From IMG/VR virus record IMGVR_UViG_3300020596_001154, positions 848-64,847 of that record: DNA of 64,000 nucleotides; one strand, given 5' to 3'. A program made the translations under genes and the position numbers. Under the pieces are notes generated by a model. It was not told where the DNA came from. It searched no databases and saw only the letters and a program-made list of their open reading frames with translations. Position 1 is the first letter of the stretch. Each line of letters starts with the position of its first letter. The stretch is from a virus. Its lineage: Duplodnaviria; Caudoviricetes. This document shows, piece after piece, positions 19,836-30,600 of this stretch.

Positions 19836-21959
19836 ATGGCTAACGTACACAAGTTTCAGCAGCCTGTTAGGGTAGGCGTCAAAGCTTCAGATCCAACAGG
19901 AGAACAAGGTCTCATATACTACAATTCAACGGACAACGTATTTAGAATACGGGATGATGCCGGGTATGCTACTATTGCTGATAGATCGTTTCTATCAAGC
20001 ACTTCCTCTGGAGAAGGTGCTTCCCAAATCGGTATTTTCGATACCGCAGCCAGTTTCACTTCAACTGACGTTGAAGGCGCTTTAGCAGAACTTTACACTT
20101 TAGCTTCTGCTGGTGGGTCAAGCACTTTTGCGGACAACTTATTCAGAGTTCAAGATAATGGTGATGCCAGTAAAGAAATTGAATTCTCTTTAGGTGGCGC
20201 TACTGCATCGACCAAGATGACTTTAGTCAGTTCTCAAACTGCTAATAGATCACTTACTTTACCTAATACCACCGATACTTTAGTTGCTTTAGCATTGGCT
20301 CAAACTCTTACTAACAAGACTATAGACGCTGATTCAAACACTATTACTAACATTGAAAATGCTGATATTAAAGCTGGTGCAGCTATCGACGCTGCTAAGA
20401 TTCATGATGGATCAGTAAGTAATACTGAATATGGCTATTTGGATGGAGTCACTTCTGCTATTCAAACTCAATTAAATGCCAAACAAACTACTACTTTAAC
20501 CGATGGAAACATCCTAGTAGGTAATGCATCTAACGTTGCTACTAGTGTAAACCCTTCCGGGGATGTTGATGTTTCGAATGCCGGAGTATTCTCGATCAGT
20601 GCTGGCGTAATTGTCAATGCTGATATTAATGCTTCTGCTGCGATTGACGCTGCTAAGATTCATGATGGATCAGTAAGTAATACTGAATATGGCTATTTGG
20701 ATGGAGTCACTTCTTCTATTCAGACGCAAATCACAGCAAGAGCTTTAGACTCAGCTGTCATTAAAAAAGATGGTTCAGTAGCTTTTACAGCAGATCAATC
20801 GATGGGCGGCTTTAAGTTAACTAATCTAGCTGCTCCTGCAATTAACGGTGATGCGCTTCGATTTAACCAACTAGGTGCAAACAATGGTATTGCAACACTA
20901 GACGGTGGCGGAAAAGTTCCTGTATCTCAATTACCCAGTTCGATCATGACCTACGAAGGTGTTTGGAATGCAACTACTAATAGCCCTGCCCTTTCTGATG
21001 GAACAGGAGACGCGGGACAAGTTTATAGAGTCAGTGTAGCGGGTTCCCAAAATCTAGGATCAGGATCTATTTCATTTGATGTAGGAGACTATGCAATTTA
21101 CAATTCTTCTGGAACATGGGAAAAGTCTGATACGACAGATGCAGTAGCTTCTGTTAACGGACAAACTGGAATTGTAGTTTTAGATGCCGATGATATTGCT
21201 GAAGGAACTAATGTATACTTCACAGATGAACGGGCTCAAGACGCAATTGGCGCAATGGTTGCAGATAGTTCAAAAGTATCGCTAACTTATGTTGATGGCA
21301 CGCCTTCACTCACTGCAGATATTATTGCAGGATCTTTAGTGAATGCTGATATTAACGCTTCAGCAGCTATTGATGCCGCAAAGATCCATAACGGTTCAGT
21401 AAGTAATACTGAGTTTGCATATCTTGATGGTGTTACATCTGCTATTCAAACTCAATTAAACGCCAAGGTAACAGGCCCAGCTTCCGCAACTGACAATGCT
21501 ATTGCTAGATATGACTCTACCACTGGAAAATTACTACAAGACAGTACTTCTATACTGTCCGATGCAGGTGGAATGACTATTGCTGATCTCTGGAGAAGAG
21601 GCGATGGAAACTTAACTAATTATGTAGAAGAAGAATATAACCATTCTCAGACCCTTACTGCATCTACTACTGCTGTAGCATCAGCATTTACATTTGACAG
21701 TACTGTAGTTAAAGCAATTACAATTGAGTACACCATTCTTTCTGGAAACGAAAGAAGAGTTGGAAAGATTATGGTTGTTGGAGACAATCTTGTTTCTGTA
21801 GCTTCAGGCGCAACAAGCTTAACTGACGAAATGAGTGAAACCGATGATGTTGGAGTTACCTGGACTGCCGCTCTTAATGGAGGTGATGTAGAGCTCAGCT
21901 ATACGACCAGCGCCGGGGCTAAAACAATGAGATCTGATATCAAACGATATCTTGCCTAA
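19836..21959 (+). CDS. Tail fibre protein 1
   Basis: QTLTNKTID, LDGVTSAIQTQL repeats, ATLDGGGKVPVSQLP, VASVNGQTG fibre motifs. Confidence 0.75.
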   Translation: MANVHKFQQPVRVGVKASDPTGEQGLIYYNSTDNVFRIRDDAGYATIADRSFLSSTSSGEGASQIGIFDTAASFTSTDVEGALAELYTLASAGGSSTFADNLFRVQDNGDASKEIEFSLGGATASTKMTLVSSQTANRSLTLPNTTDTLVALALAQTLTNKTIDADSNTITNIENADIKAGAAIDAAKIHDGSVSNTEYGYLDGVTSAIQTQLNAKQTTTLTDGNILVGNASNVATSVNPSGDVDVSNAGVFSISAGVIVNADINASAAIDAAKIHDGSVSNTEYGYLDGVTSSIQTQITARALDSAVIKKDGSVAFTADQSMGGFKLTNLAAPAINGDALRFNQLGANNGIATLDGGGKVPVSQLPSSIMTYEGVWNATTNSPALSDGTGDAGQVYRVSVAGSQNLGSGSISFDVGDYAIYNSSGTWEKSDTTDAVASVNGQTGIVVLDADDIAEGTNVYFTDERAQDAIGAMVADSSKVSLTYVDGTPSLTADIIAGSLVNADINASAAIDAAKIHNGSVSNTEFAYLDGVTSAIQTQLNAKVTGPASATDNAIARYDSTTGKLLQDSTSILSDAGGMTIADLWRRGDGNLTNYVEEEYNHSQTLTASTTAVASAFTFDSTVVKAITIEYTILSGNERRVGKIMVVGDNLVSVASGATSLTDEMSETDDVGVTWTAALNGGDVELSYTTSAGAKTMRSDIKRYLA

Positions 21960-22456
21960 TAAATTCTAAGAGTGTGGGCCTAGAAATTTATCTAGAGCCC
22001 TCCTTTGTGGAAATGGAAACGAAGGAGTAGACAATGGCTAGTAATGATTTTTGGAAAGTCCGTAAAGGTATCGTAATCAAATCGACCCCCGCGGACCCCT
22101 CAACTCCTGACAATGGGAGTCTCTGGTATAATTCCACATTAAATAAATTCCGTAAAAGAGAGAATGGCGTAACAATTGATTTAGATGACTCTGGTTCTGA
22201 TGTACATGGACCAGGAGCATCTACAGACAATGCTGTTGTTCGATGGGATGGTACGACCGGCCAGACTACTCAAAACTCTACGGTCACTATCAGTGACGCA
22301 GGGATTGTGGCTGGAGCATCTATAGACGCTGACACCAATACAATTACTAACATTGAAAATGCTGATATTAAAGCTGGTGCTGCGATTGACGCTGCTAAGA
22401 TTCATGATGGATCAGTAAGTAATACTGAATATGGCTATTTGGATGGAGTCACTTCT
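20388..22456 (+). repeat. Three identical 69-bp copies shared by two fibre genes (20388-20456, 20646-20714, 22388-22456)
   Basis: GACGCTGCTAAGATTCATGATGGATCAGTAAGTAATACTGAATATGGCTATTTGGATGGAGTCACTTCT; a fourth, diverged copy near 21373. Confidence 0.9.
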
Positions 22457-24871
22457 TCTATTCAAACACAGTTCAGTAATAAAGTAACTGGACCAGCCTC
22501 AGCTACCGATAATGCAGTAGTTAGGTATAACTTAACTACTGGTAAACTGGCTCAAGATTCACTAGTAACTATTAGCGATACTGGTGCTGTAACTGGACTG
22601 ACTACTTTAGTAGCTTCTGGTAGCGTGACTGCAGCTTCTTTGATTCCAACTAGTGCCACTATACCGGCAAATGGAATGTATTTACATGGTACCGGAGTAC
22701 CAGGTATTTCTTCTAATAGCTTAGCTGCAGCTACTTTTTCATCAAATGGTACAGATACCTGGATAGGATTACACGCCACCTCCGGGAATAAAGGTATAAT
22801 TCTAAATCAAGTAACTAATGGAGTCACCGCCATAACAGGTGGAAATAGCTCGTCGAGTGCGGGAAATATCCATCTCTATGGTCAAACACACGCAACAAAA
22901 GCTAATGATATTGAACTAAGATCTGCAACCGCCATAAAATTAGGCTGGGACGATTCTGCAACACTATGGACAGCAACTGGAACATTTAATATTACACAAA
23001 ATGCAGGTATTGGCGGCACGGCTTCCTCATCCTTTGTTTTAAGAGTGGGCGAAACTAACCCTTTAACTGGAGCGACTCAAGTAGGTGTAGGAATACCGAT
23101 AGCTGGCACATCCGCAGCAACAGGTTCTATAGAAGGTATCAGGGCTACTGCCAATACTGGGGCAGCATTTACAGCTCCTTTTGTTTATAATTACTATAGT
23201 AATATTGCTACGAAGTTTGTAGGTTCTACGATTACCAGACGAATGGGGTTTGCTGGAGATCCAGTAACTGGCGGCACCAATAATGCTTTTCTTTCTGATA
23301 ACTTTTCATTCACGGGTGACTGGTTCATTAACTCTACTAGTTCAAATGCCACCGGATTATCAGGTGCATTAGACTTAGCTCAAATTGCTAAACCTTCCAA
23401 CCCTGCTGCTAGTAGAAATAGACTTTATTTCAAATCAGATGGAAACTTATATAAATTAGATTCAGCTGGAACGGAAGCTGGTAATATTAATAACGGTGGT
23501 AATACCTTCGGCGGTACCATTACAATTGGTACAAATGATGCCTTTCCTATTAGCTTCACTACAAATAGCATTGTAAAAGGAAGTATTACATCTGCGGGGG
23601 CTTGGACACTTGGAGCTGCTGCTGCCACCCAGGCGCATGTAATTAACGGCAGTCTTACTTCCACCTTATCTAACACTGCTGCGTCATTTATTCCAACTAG
23701 CTCGTCAATTCCAGCGTTGGGCATATACACAAGTTTCGCCAATCGAGTAACAATTGCAGCTAACTCTATAAGAGCGGCGGAGATTGGCGAATCATCAGGT
23801 AATGGGTTTATTGTTTTAGGCACTTCATCAGGAGGCTCATCTTCTGTACTCAGCGCCGTAAACGACGGCTCTGTAGCTTACAGCAGTAGCGGTAGCTCCA
23901 ATAGCGGTGGAAACCTACAAGTTTTCGGCCCTAGTCATGCGACACTACCAAATCGAATAAACCTAAGACAAAGTTCGACAACTGTTTTGTCAGTAGCGGA
24001 AACAACTGGACTTATTACAATTGGGGCTGCTGCTTCCACCCAGGCGCATGTAATTAATGGCAGTCTTTCAATTAATATCAATGCGGACACTACTTCTAGA
24101 CTAACCTTAGGAAATTCCAACTCTGGCGCTTCATCGTTTACAAACTTGATATTAAACAACAGTGGGTCGATCGGTAGTCAAGTGTCTATAAATTCACTTC
24201 TATCTGGGGCGGCAGCGAGTGTTGTCATAGCCTCACCTGGTGGGACGACCTTGACACGTTTTGGAAACACAACTACTTCAAAATATTGGATAGTAGGACA
24301 AGAAGCCAGTGCTAGCGATCAATTCGTAATCGCAAGAGGAACCGACATAGCGGCCAATCAATTTTTAAGAATTTCTGATGCTGGACTTATTACAATTGGA
24401 GCTTCCAGTTCGACGACTGTGGGAGTAGGCGGACAATTTAAAACAATTGTCGCTGAAGCGAATAACATCACCACGGCTGAAACGGATCTGCAGTCTTTCA
24501 CCGTTCCCGCCAACATGCTCGTCAACAATGGAGACGCCATTGAGTTCGAATGGTTCGGTACGATGACGACTGCAACGAACAAGAGAATTAAACTTTTCGT
24601 GAATGGTGCGGCCAGTATCAATACAGGTTCCTTGGCGTTTGGATCGGCTCGTTGGAAGCTGAAGTGCTACCTGCATAAATCGGCTTCGGACGTCGTTAAA
24701 GGTTGGGCGGTTTTTGAATCCGACCAAGCCGTGCTGACTCAGACGGTAGTTTATATCGAACAAGTGATTACTCTGAGTTCCAGCTTTATTGTAAAGATCA
24801 CCGGAACCGGAACGAACACGAGCGATATTATAGGTCGTGGAGCTTACAGCCGGTGGTACCCGGCACATTAA
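22034..24871 (+). CDS. Tail fibre protein 2 (candidate receptor-binding protein)
   Basis: GPASATDNAVVR repeats, Gly/Ser/Thr/Ala-rich, internal repeat GAAA.TQAHVINGSL. Confidence 0.75.
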   Translation: MASNDFWKVRKGIVIKSTPADPSTPDNGSLWYNSTLNKFRKRENGVTIDLDDSGSDVHGPGASTDNAVVRWDGTTGQTTQNSTVTISDAGIVAGASIDADTNTITNIENADIKAGAAIDAAKIHDGSVSNTEYGYLDGVTSSIQTQFSNKVTGPASATDNAVVRYNLTTGKLAQDSLVTISDTGAVTGLTTLVASGSVTAASLIPTSATIPANGMYLHGTGVPGISSNSLAAATFSSNGTDTWIGLHATSGNKGIILNQVTNGVTAITGGNSSSSAGNIHLYGQTHATKANDIELRSATAIKLGWDDSATLWTATGTFNITQNAGIGGTASSSFVLRVGETNPLTGATQVGVGIPIAGTSAATGSIEGIRATANTGAAFTAPFVYNYYSNIATKFVGSTITRRMGFAGDPVTGGTNNAFLSDNFSFTGDWFINSTSSNATGLSGALDLAQIAKPSNPAASRNRLYFKSDGNLYKLDSAGTEAGNINNGGNTFGGTITIGTNDAFPISFTTNSIVKGSITSAGAWTLGAAAATQAHVINGSLTSTLSNTAASFIPTSSSIPALGIYTSFANRVTIAANSIRAAEIGESSGNGFIVLGTSSGGSSSVLSAVNDGSVAYSSSGSSNSGGNLQVFGPSHATLPNRINLRQSSTTVLSVAETTGLITIGAAASTQAHVINGSLSININADTTSRLTLGNSNSGASSFTNLILNNSGSIGSQVSINSLLSGAAASVVIASPGGTTLTRFGNTTTSKYWIVGQEASASDQFVIARGTDIAANQFLRISDAGLITIGASSSTTVGVGGQFKTIVAEANNITTAETDLQSFTVPANMLVNNGDAIEFEWFGTMTTATNKRIKLFVNGAASINTGSLAFGSARWKLKCYLHKSASDVVKGWAVFESDQAVLTQTVVYIEQVITLSSSFIVKITGTGTNTSDIIGRGAYSRWYPAH

Positions 24872-24935
24872 GAGTGGCTAACAAAATAACCCTTGATTCG
24901 AGTTTTTAAGTAATAGTTGTATGCAATAACCTATG

Positions 24936-24964
24936 TTGACTAACTAACAGACATTTGATAGATT
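24936..24964 (+). promoter_or_regulatory. Sigma70-type promoter
   Basis: TTGACT-17 bp-TAGATT upstream of 24986. Confidence 0.55.
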
Positions 24965-24985
24965 TACATAGAAAGGATACTAAAA

Positions 24986-25300
24986 ATGACTGAAAAAGAA
25001 ACACCAAAAGAACCAGAATACGAGTCCAAGAAACTCTCAGAAACTCATGCACTTACAGTACAAAACATGAAACTGAGGGCAGAATTAAATAATGCCAAGA
25101 TGCAAGACTTACAAAAAGATCTAGAATCTCTTAAGGGAGCTCTAGGTGCATATGTAAATTCGATCAAAGGGGAATATTTCCCTGGAACTGATTCAGTAAT
25201 GCTTAATGTAGAAGAAGGTCTTCTACTTAAGAAAATTGAATCAAAAGCAGAGCAAGAACAAGAAGTTGCAGAGACTTCCGAGTTAGCTGCTTCTAAGTAA
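24986..25300 (+). CDS. Small coiled-coil protein (possible fibre chaperone)
   Basis: RBS AAAGGA; follows fibre gene. Confidence 0.5.
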   Translation: MTEKETPKEPEYESKKLSETHALTVQNMKLRAELNNAKMQDLQKDLESLKGALGAYVNSIKGEYFPGTDSVMLNVEEGLLLKKIESKAEQEQEVAETSELAASK

Positions 25301-25332
25301 ACTGTCTCTCTAGTTTGCTTTAATAGGATAAC

Positions 25333-27432
25333 ATGACAGAAATCACTTCATTTAGTGTTGAAACTAATTTTAAGCCGAATTCTATTAAAGCATCATGGTC
25401 TTTATCTGGAACTTTACAGGTAGATGAACGTGTGATAATCAGACGTGCATTAACTACATACCCTAAGACCCCTGATGAAGGGACCTTAGTGCTTGATAGT
25501 ACTGCAGATTCTGTAGTCACACTAGAGGATAATGACCTAGAAGAAAACCGCTATTTCTATTATACGATTTTCATCAAAGACACAAGCACCGGACTATATA
25601 CAGAGCAGACTGGATCAAACATCGGATTTGCTCTGTCGTACAAAGACTGGCAATCAGCCAACTCAGTATACCAACTTTTCCCAGAAGAAACTAAGGCCTT
25701 AGATGAACAAGGATCTGGAGACCTAAACCGCCTTTGTCTGTCCATAGGGAATATGATGGATCTATATAGATCTGAAGTATTTGTTATGGAGTACAACAGA
25801 AAGCCAGATAAGGCCCCAGATAATCTATTAGACTTCTTCTCAGAGAGTTTCGGTTTCCCAGCAGAACGAGGGATAGACTTAAATACCTTACGAAGAATCG
25901 GAGAAGGTATTGTATCTGTATACAAAAGAAAAGGCACTATCCCAGGTATTCAAGACTTTATAAAGCTTTTCACAGAGTTTGACAGTAAGATTATCGAGAG
26001 TGATACTCCAAATTTCTTATTGTACGATGATGTCTCAGAGCTATACAGAGGAACCCTAACCTCTACTGGGATCAATTTCGCCACAGACAGCACACAGAAC
26101 TGGGCAGTAGATCAGTGGCTTGGTGGTACGTTCCAAGACCAAGACCAAATTCGTAACTACAGAATTACTTCCAATAGCCTAGATACACTACAGTTAAATT
26201 CAGCCCCACCCGCTATTGTTTCAGATTCAGGTACTATCGGACAAGGCCTCGATGATACCATCACAGATACCGCTGGAAACCTATCTCCAGTAACTGGCAC
26301 AGCTTCAGGTGGACAGGTCAATGAACTAAGGTCTGTAAGCCTACTAGGTACTTTCCCAGACCAGTACTGGAATCTCTCTTATTGCATTATTACTTCAGGA
26401 GCTAATGCTGGACTAAGACAGATTGTAAACAGCTTTGACTCAGATACAGGAACCTTGACTTTTGATGGAGACTTCCCAGCTCCTATCTCAGTTGGCGTTA
26501 CATTTTCACTTCAACGGTATTTACATGTTTATATTCCAGGCCTTACAGGCCTTGATGACCATGAGCTTGCTGGCAGACTACTTACTGTAACTGCAGGCAC
26601 GAATTTAGGCCAGGAAGCCAAGATTGCCAGGAACTGGGAGTTTGATGGAGGAACTCAGATAGTTCTTTCTATACCATTCACTCTAGCCACAGACAATACT
26701 TCGGATGTAGAAATAGCCGACACAGGCATATTCTTTCAAGATACCAGCCAATCCTGGACTCCAGATGAATGGCGAGGCTATAAGATAACTATAGATGGGA
26801 CAGATACCTTCAATATAGTAACTAACAATGCTGATACCTTGCAACTATCCCCAGTCCATAATAACCAAGGAAGTCCAGAGACTTACCAGTTTTTTAACCT
26901 AGCTGATAACTATCCTACAGCCACACACTCTTATGATATATACAACCAATACTTTGTGGCTAATGGAACACACAGGTTTATGGTCAGTGATCTAACTCCA
27001 CCAAGCTTCTACGGCACTTCCAATGACCCAGGCCAATTCCTGTTTGGGGGTACGACTAGAAGTATTGCTAGTATTGGCGGAGTAGGAGAATTTGAGTTGC
27101 CAATCGTCATCCTAGGTGCTATTGTAGAGTCTGGAAGATCGACTGACATTACTGTAAGTACTCTTACAGACAGTTCTGCGAACTTCCCAGTAAACGGATA
27201 TGTAGGGTATAAATTAAACCCTAATGACCAGCAGATTTTAGATTTTGAGATTGTGTCTAACACAGCCACACAAATTACAGTAGTTGGAAATATTACCTTG
27301 GTTGCGCAAACTGCAAATAATTACTATATTATAAATAAGTCAAACTCAGCGAAGACTACACGATTGCATCAAACAATTTCACAATTTATGCCCTATAACT
27401 TAAAACCAATTATAACCCACGAGTTTTCTTAA
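25333..27432 (+). CDS. Baseplate wedge protein (P2 gpI/T4 gp7-like) with repeat domains
   Basis: PDKAPDNLLDFF..YKRKGTIPGI..F motif; ends FMPYNL. Confidence 0.7.
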   Translation: MTEITSFSVETNFKPNSIKASWSLSGTLQVDERVIIRRALTTYPKTPDEGTLVLDSTADSVVTLEDNDLEENRYFYYTIFIKDTSTGLYTEQTGSNIGFALSYKDWQSANSVYQLFPEETKALDEQGSGDLNRLCLSIGNMMDLYRSEVFVMEYNRKPDKAPDNLLDFFSESFGFPAERGIDLNTLRRIGEGIVSVYKRKGTIPGIQDFIKLFTEFDSKIIESDTPNFLLYDDVSELYRGTLTSTGINFATDSTQNWAVDQWLGGTFQDQDQIRNYRITSNSLDTLQLNSAPPAIVSDSGTIGQGLDDTITDTAGNLSPVTGTASGGQVNELRSVSLLGTFPDQYWNLSYCIITSGANAGLRQIVNSFDSDTGTLTFDGDFPAPISVGVTFSLQRYLHVYIPGLTGLDDHELAGRLLTVTAGTNLGQEAKIARNWEFDGGTQIVLSIPFTLATDNTSDVEIADTGIFFQDTSQSWTPDEWRGYKITIDGTDTFNIVTNNADTLQLSPVHNNQGSPETYQFFNLADNYPTATHSYDIYNQYFVANGTHRFMVSDLTPPSFYGTSNDPGQFLFGGTTRSIASIGGVGEFELPIVILGAIVESGRSTDITVSTLTDSSANFPVNGYVGYKLNPNDQQILDFEIVSNTATQITVVGNITLVAQTANNYYIINKSNSAKTTRLHQTISQFMPYNLKPIITHEFS

Positions 27433-27459
27433 TTTGTATAAGATAACAGGAGATAGATA

Positions 27460-29208
27460 ATGGCCAATTTCGATGATACTTATGATGAAACAAGGAATCT
27501 TGTTGAGGTTGAATTCCAGAATGGAAAAGAAATTAAGCCCAATGAACTTAACGAGGCCCAAAGGATTGAACGTGTAAGACGCAGAAGAACAATCCAAGCA
27601 CTAAAGAATGGGCTTAATAGTTTTAACGGAGACGGTTTTAAAGTTGTTGAGAATTCCCCTAATACCAACCAGATTAAACTGTCTGCTGGAACTGGTTTTG
27701 TTGGAGGAGAAATTATCAGCCTAGAGAACGACTTAGTTGTTACAGGACTTACTACTCCAGGAGCACCTAGAGTAGATGAAGTTTACCTAGAAGTTAGAGA
27801 AGTTGAGCGAGACTCTACTACGTTTCCAGATACTGGAAATATTGCAATTGGAGAAACAACAACAAGATTACAACTTGTTGTTTCAGCTCAAGTAGCTGAA
27901 GGTGGTGTAACTCCAGCATCTACTGGAGAATTACATGTTGGCGGCATTGTTCGATTCCACATTGCCACACTGAATCGAGATGCCAATAATACTGTGACTA
28001 CAGCTGAAATTACTGACACACGACCTCTTATTGGAATTTCAGTTCCAGAAGGTGGTACAGGACAATCCTCATTCGACAACGGAAAACTTATTGTAGGTAA
28101 TGGAGGAGTAAACCCACTAACTCAAATTGCGCAAGTATCTGATGGCAGAATTCTCAGGGACGAAGGTGCGGGTAATGACCCAAGCTGGGACACTGTTAAT
28201 AATGTTCTCACAGACACTTTAGATAATTCAGGTATTGTAGCTATTCAAGCTTTAGATGGAGACCCTGATACAGTTCACGGATACAACATCGAAAGATCTG
28301 TAAGTGGCGGTGATTTAATAATATCTTTGAAGAATAATCTTGGAACTGATCCATCTGCTAGTAACCCAGTCTACTATTCTTACAACACTTCTTTAGGAGC
28401 TTACGTAAAAGCTGCCGTCACTTCAGCTCTGTCTATAACGATTGTCGCCGCTCAAAGCTTTGGATACGATACAGTCGCAGACGCAGAACTTTTTGTGTAC
28501 TTAATATACGACTCTGTCGATTTGACAAGTCGATTGGCTGTAGCTAGAAGATCTCACTATGATAATGGCCGATTCCATCAAGTGTTCCCACTTAATGTCA
28601 ACACACTTGAAACGGAAATCACTAGTAATGTTGTCTCAGGTATTTCCGCAACTCCACGACTATTGTGCCGAATCCCAGTATCAAGATCAGGGGCCGCTTG
28701 GACTGGATTCTTTGAATCAACAACCTTGATGCGTGATATGGATATTTCGAATCCTTCTACCGCTACTGCTTTATATGTAGCACACAAAAGAGTACTAACA
28801 GCTAGCGGCGGTATCTTAGGGGCTGTAGCCATCAGCAGTTCTTCAGGAATCTTTCAGACATCTTCAAGCTCATATGTCAATGTCACAAACCTATCAGTGA
28901 CGCTCACACGTTCGGGAAACCGACCCGTTAGAGTTGAACTACAGACTAGTGATGTGTCAGATAACCAGACAGGGGTTTTTGGAGGAACAGGCATTGGTTA
29001 CATAAAATTTTTAAGGGATGCAGTTGTTCTTGGAACTGTGTCCGTACAGCCGGCTGGTGATGCGAACGGGCCTCTAAACGGTGTGCCTTTGGCTACGATT
29101 GACGGCGGAAATCTGCCTTCAGCTACTCACACATATACAGTACAGGCGAGAGTAGCAACTGGAACTTTACAGATAATTCGATTGAGATTAATTGTCCACG
29201 AAATGTAA
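27460..29208 (+). CDS. Baseplate-attached tail fibre/adaptor
   Basis: FDDTYDE..VEFQNGK..ELNEAQ N-terminus typical of myovirus/CIS fibre anchors; EGGTGQSS fibre motif. Confidence 0.65.
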   Translation: MANFDDTYDETRNLVEVEFQNGKEIKPNELNEAQRIERVRRRRTIQALKNGLNSFNGDGFKVVENSPNTNQIKLSAGTGFVGGEIISLENDLVVTGLTTPGAPRVDEVYLEVREVERDSTTFPDTGNIAIGETTTRLQLVVSAQVAEGGVTPASTGELHVGGIVRFHIATLNRDANNTVTTAEITDTRPLIGISVPEGGTGQSSFDNGKLIVGNGGVNPLTQIAQVSDGRILRDEGAGNDPSWDTVNNVLTDTLDNSGIVAIQALDGDPDTVHGYNIERSVSGGDLIISLKNNLGTDPSASNPVYYSYNTSLGAYVKAAVTSALSITIVAAQSFGYDTVADAELFVYLIYDSVDLTSRLAVARRSHYDNGRFHQVFPLNVNTLETEITSNVVSGISATPRLLCRIPVSRSGAAWTGFFESTTLMRDMDISNPSTATALYVAHKRVLTASGGILGAVAISSSSGIFQTSSSSYVNVTNLSVTLTRSGNRPVRVELQTSDVSDNQTGVFGGTGIGYIKFLRDAVVLGTVSVQPAGDANGPLNGVPLATIDGGNLPSATHTYTVQARVATGTLQIIRLRLIVHEM

Positions 29209-29301
29209 TGATTTTAAGGTCTTATCCTCATTGTCAAATCACCGTATATGTGGTAGAAAGATAGTAATGAATATAAAACAAAATTGGACTAGGAGTTTTT
29301 C

Positions 29302-30600
29302 ATGAGCGATATGGCAGATAAAGCTAAACTAATTTCTAGTTTCAGAGCCCTTTGGGAGATCAAAGGATCTAAGCCTAACACTCGTGAGGCAGAAAAATCG
29401 GGCATTTCAGATCGACAAGTCAGAAAACATTTCGGTGGATGGACAGCACTTCAAGACCTCGCCGTCCCGGCAGCTTACGTTTTGCCACAAGATGGCACGA
29501 TCATTGTTGGAAGATACAAAAGCCTTGCCAGGTCCGAGAAGAGAAAGAACGTAATCCAAGCCCACGAAATCGAACAGTATTTTCAAGAACTTGGCGCAGC
29601 TCTTTTAAAACAAGAACTAAAGCCTGTAAGGCTAAATAAAAAAGACATCAAGAAACATTTGAAATCGCTTCAGTCTCCGACTAGTACAGAGAGGGAACTT
29701 ATCAGTATCTTAAGTGATACACACTACGGGCTCAATGTATTCCCAGAAGAAGTTAACGGCAGAAATAGTTTCTCATGGAAAGAAGCTTGCAGAAGATCTG
29801 CTTTTTTCGCCAAAGAAATCAGCGAGTATAAACTACACCACAGAGACAGAACCAAAAAGTTACATTTCCTAGTTTTAGGTGATATTTTAAACGGCCAAAT
29901 CCACGGAATTGGCGGTCTAGACAATGATCTAATGACAATTCAGATGTGTGGTGCTTACCACATTCTATTCCATATGATTTCATACCTGTTAAACCACTTT
30001 GATACTATTGAGTTCACAGGGATTACGGGAAATCATGAACGATTTCTACATAGAGATAAGGGTGGAAGACCTACGTCACAGAAGTGGGATAACTTTATTA
30101 ACCCAATTTATTACACACTTTCAGCTCAGTTTAAAGGACGAGTAAAGTTTACTATACCACGAGGCCACCAGGCCTTTGTCGATACCATCGGAGGCAGACT
30201 CTGTTGTGTGCACGGAGACACAAACTTTTCTGCAATAGGTAATCCAGGAACTTCTATCAACATGAAATCCCTATCCCATCAGGTAGAATCCTTCTCCAAT
30301 GCGGAAGTTAAAGCTGGTAAACCTGCTATTAAAGCTCTCCTTGCAGGTCACGTCCATCAAGAGTTACAGGCACGTACAATGAATGGTATAGATGTAGTTG
30401 TGAATAGCTGCTTATCTGGCCTAGATGGATTTGCCAATAGCCTCACAATTAACTCTTCTCTTCCTAGCCAGACAATTATTGAAGCTACTAAAGACTACGC
30501 GATCGGGGATGTACGAAGAGTCAGATTCACAGAAGAGATCGATAACAACAAATCGCTGGACTTGATTATCCCAACATATAAAGGCGAGATAGTATTCTAA
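29302..30600 (+). CDS. Calcineurin-like metallophosphoesterase with N-terminal HTH-like region
   Basis: SDTHYG, LGDILNG, GNHE, VHGD, GHVH motifs. Confidence 0.85.
   Translation: MSDMADKAKLISSFRALWEIKGSKPNTREAEKSGISDRQVRKHFGGWTALQDLAVPAAYVLPQDGTIIVGRYKSLARSEKRKNVIQAHEIEQYFQELGAALLKQELKPVRLNKKDIKKHLKSLQSPTSTERELISILSDTHYGLNVFPEEVNGRNSFSWKEACRRSAFFAKEISEYKLHHRDRTKKLHFLVLGDILNGQIHGIGGLDNDLMTIQMCGAYHILFHMISYLLNHFDTIEFTGITGNHERFLHRDKGGRPTSQKWDNFINPIYYTLSAQFKGRVKFTIPRGHQAFVDTIGGRLCCVHGDTNFSAIGNPGTSINMKSLSHQVESFSNAEVKAGKPAIKALLAGHVHQELQARTMNGIDVVVNSCLSGLDGFANSLTINSSLPSQTIIEATKDYAIGDVRRVRFTEEIDNNKSLDLIIPTYKGEIVF

Noticed and set aside
906-28832. Many minus-strand ORFs in the virion operon (e.g. 9812-10528, 10652-11302, 14728-15243, 24365-24868)
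   Set aside because: Antisense shadows of well-supported genes with no recognisable motifs
4049-29208. Stand-alone eCIS/tailocin locus
   Set aside because: Capsid, scaffold, terminase and a full replication module are linked, so this is a phage
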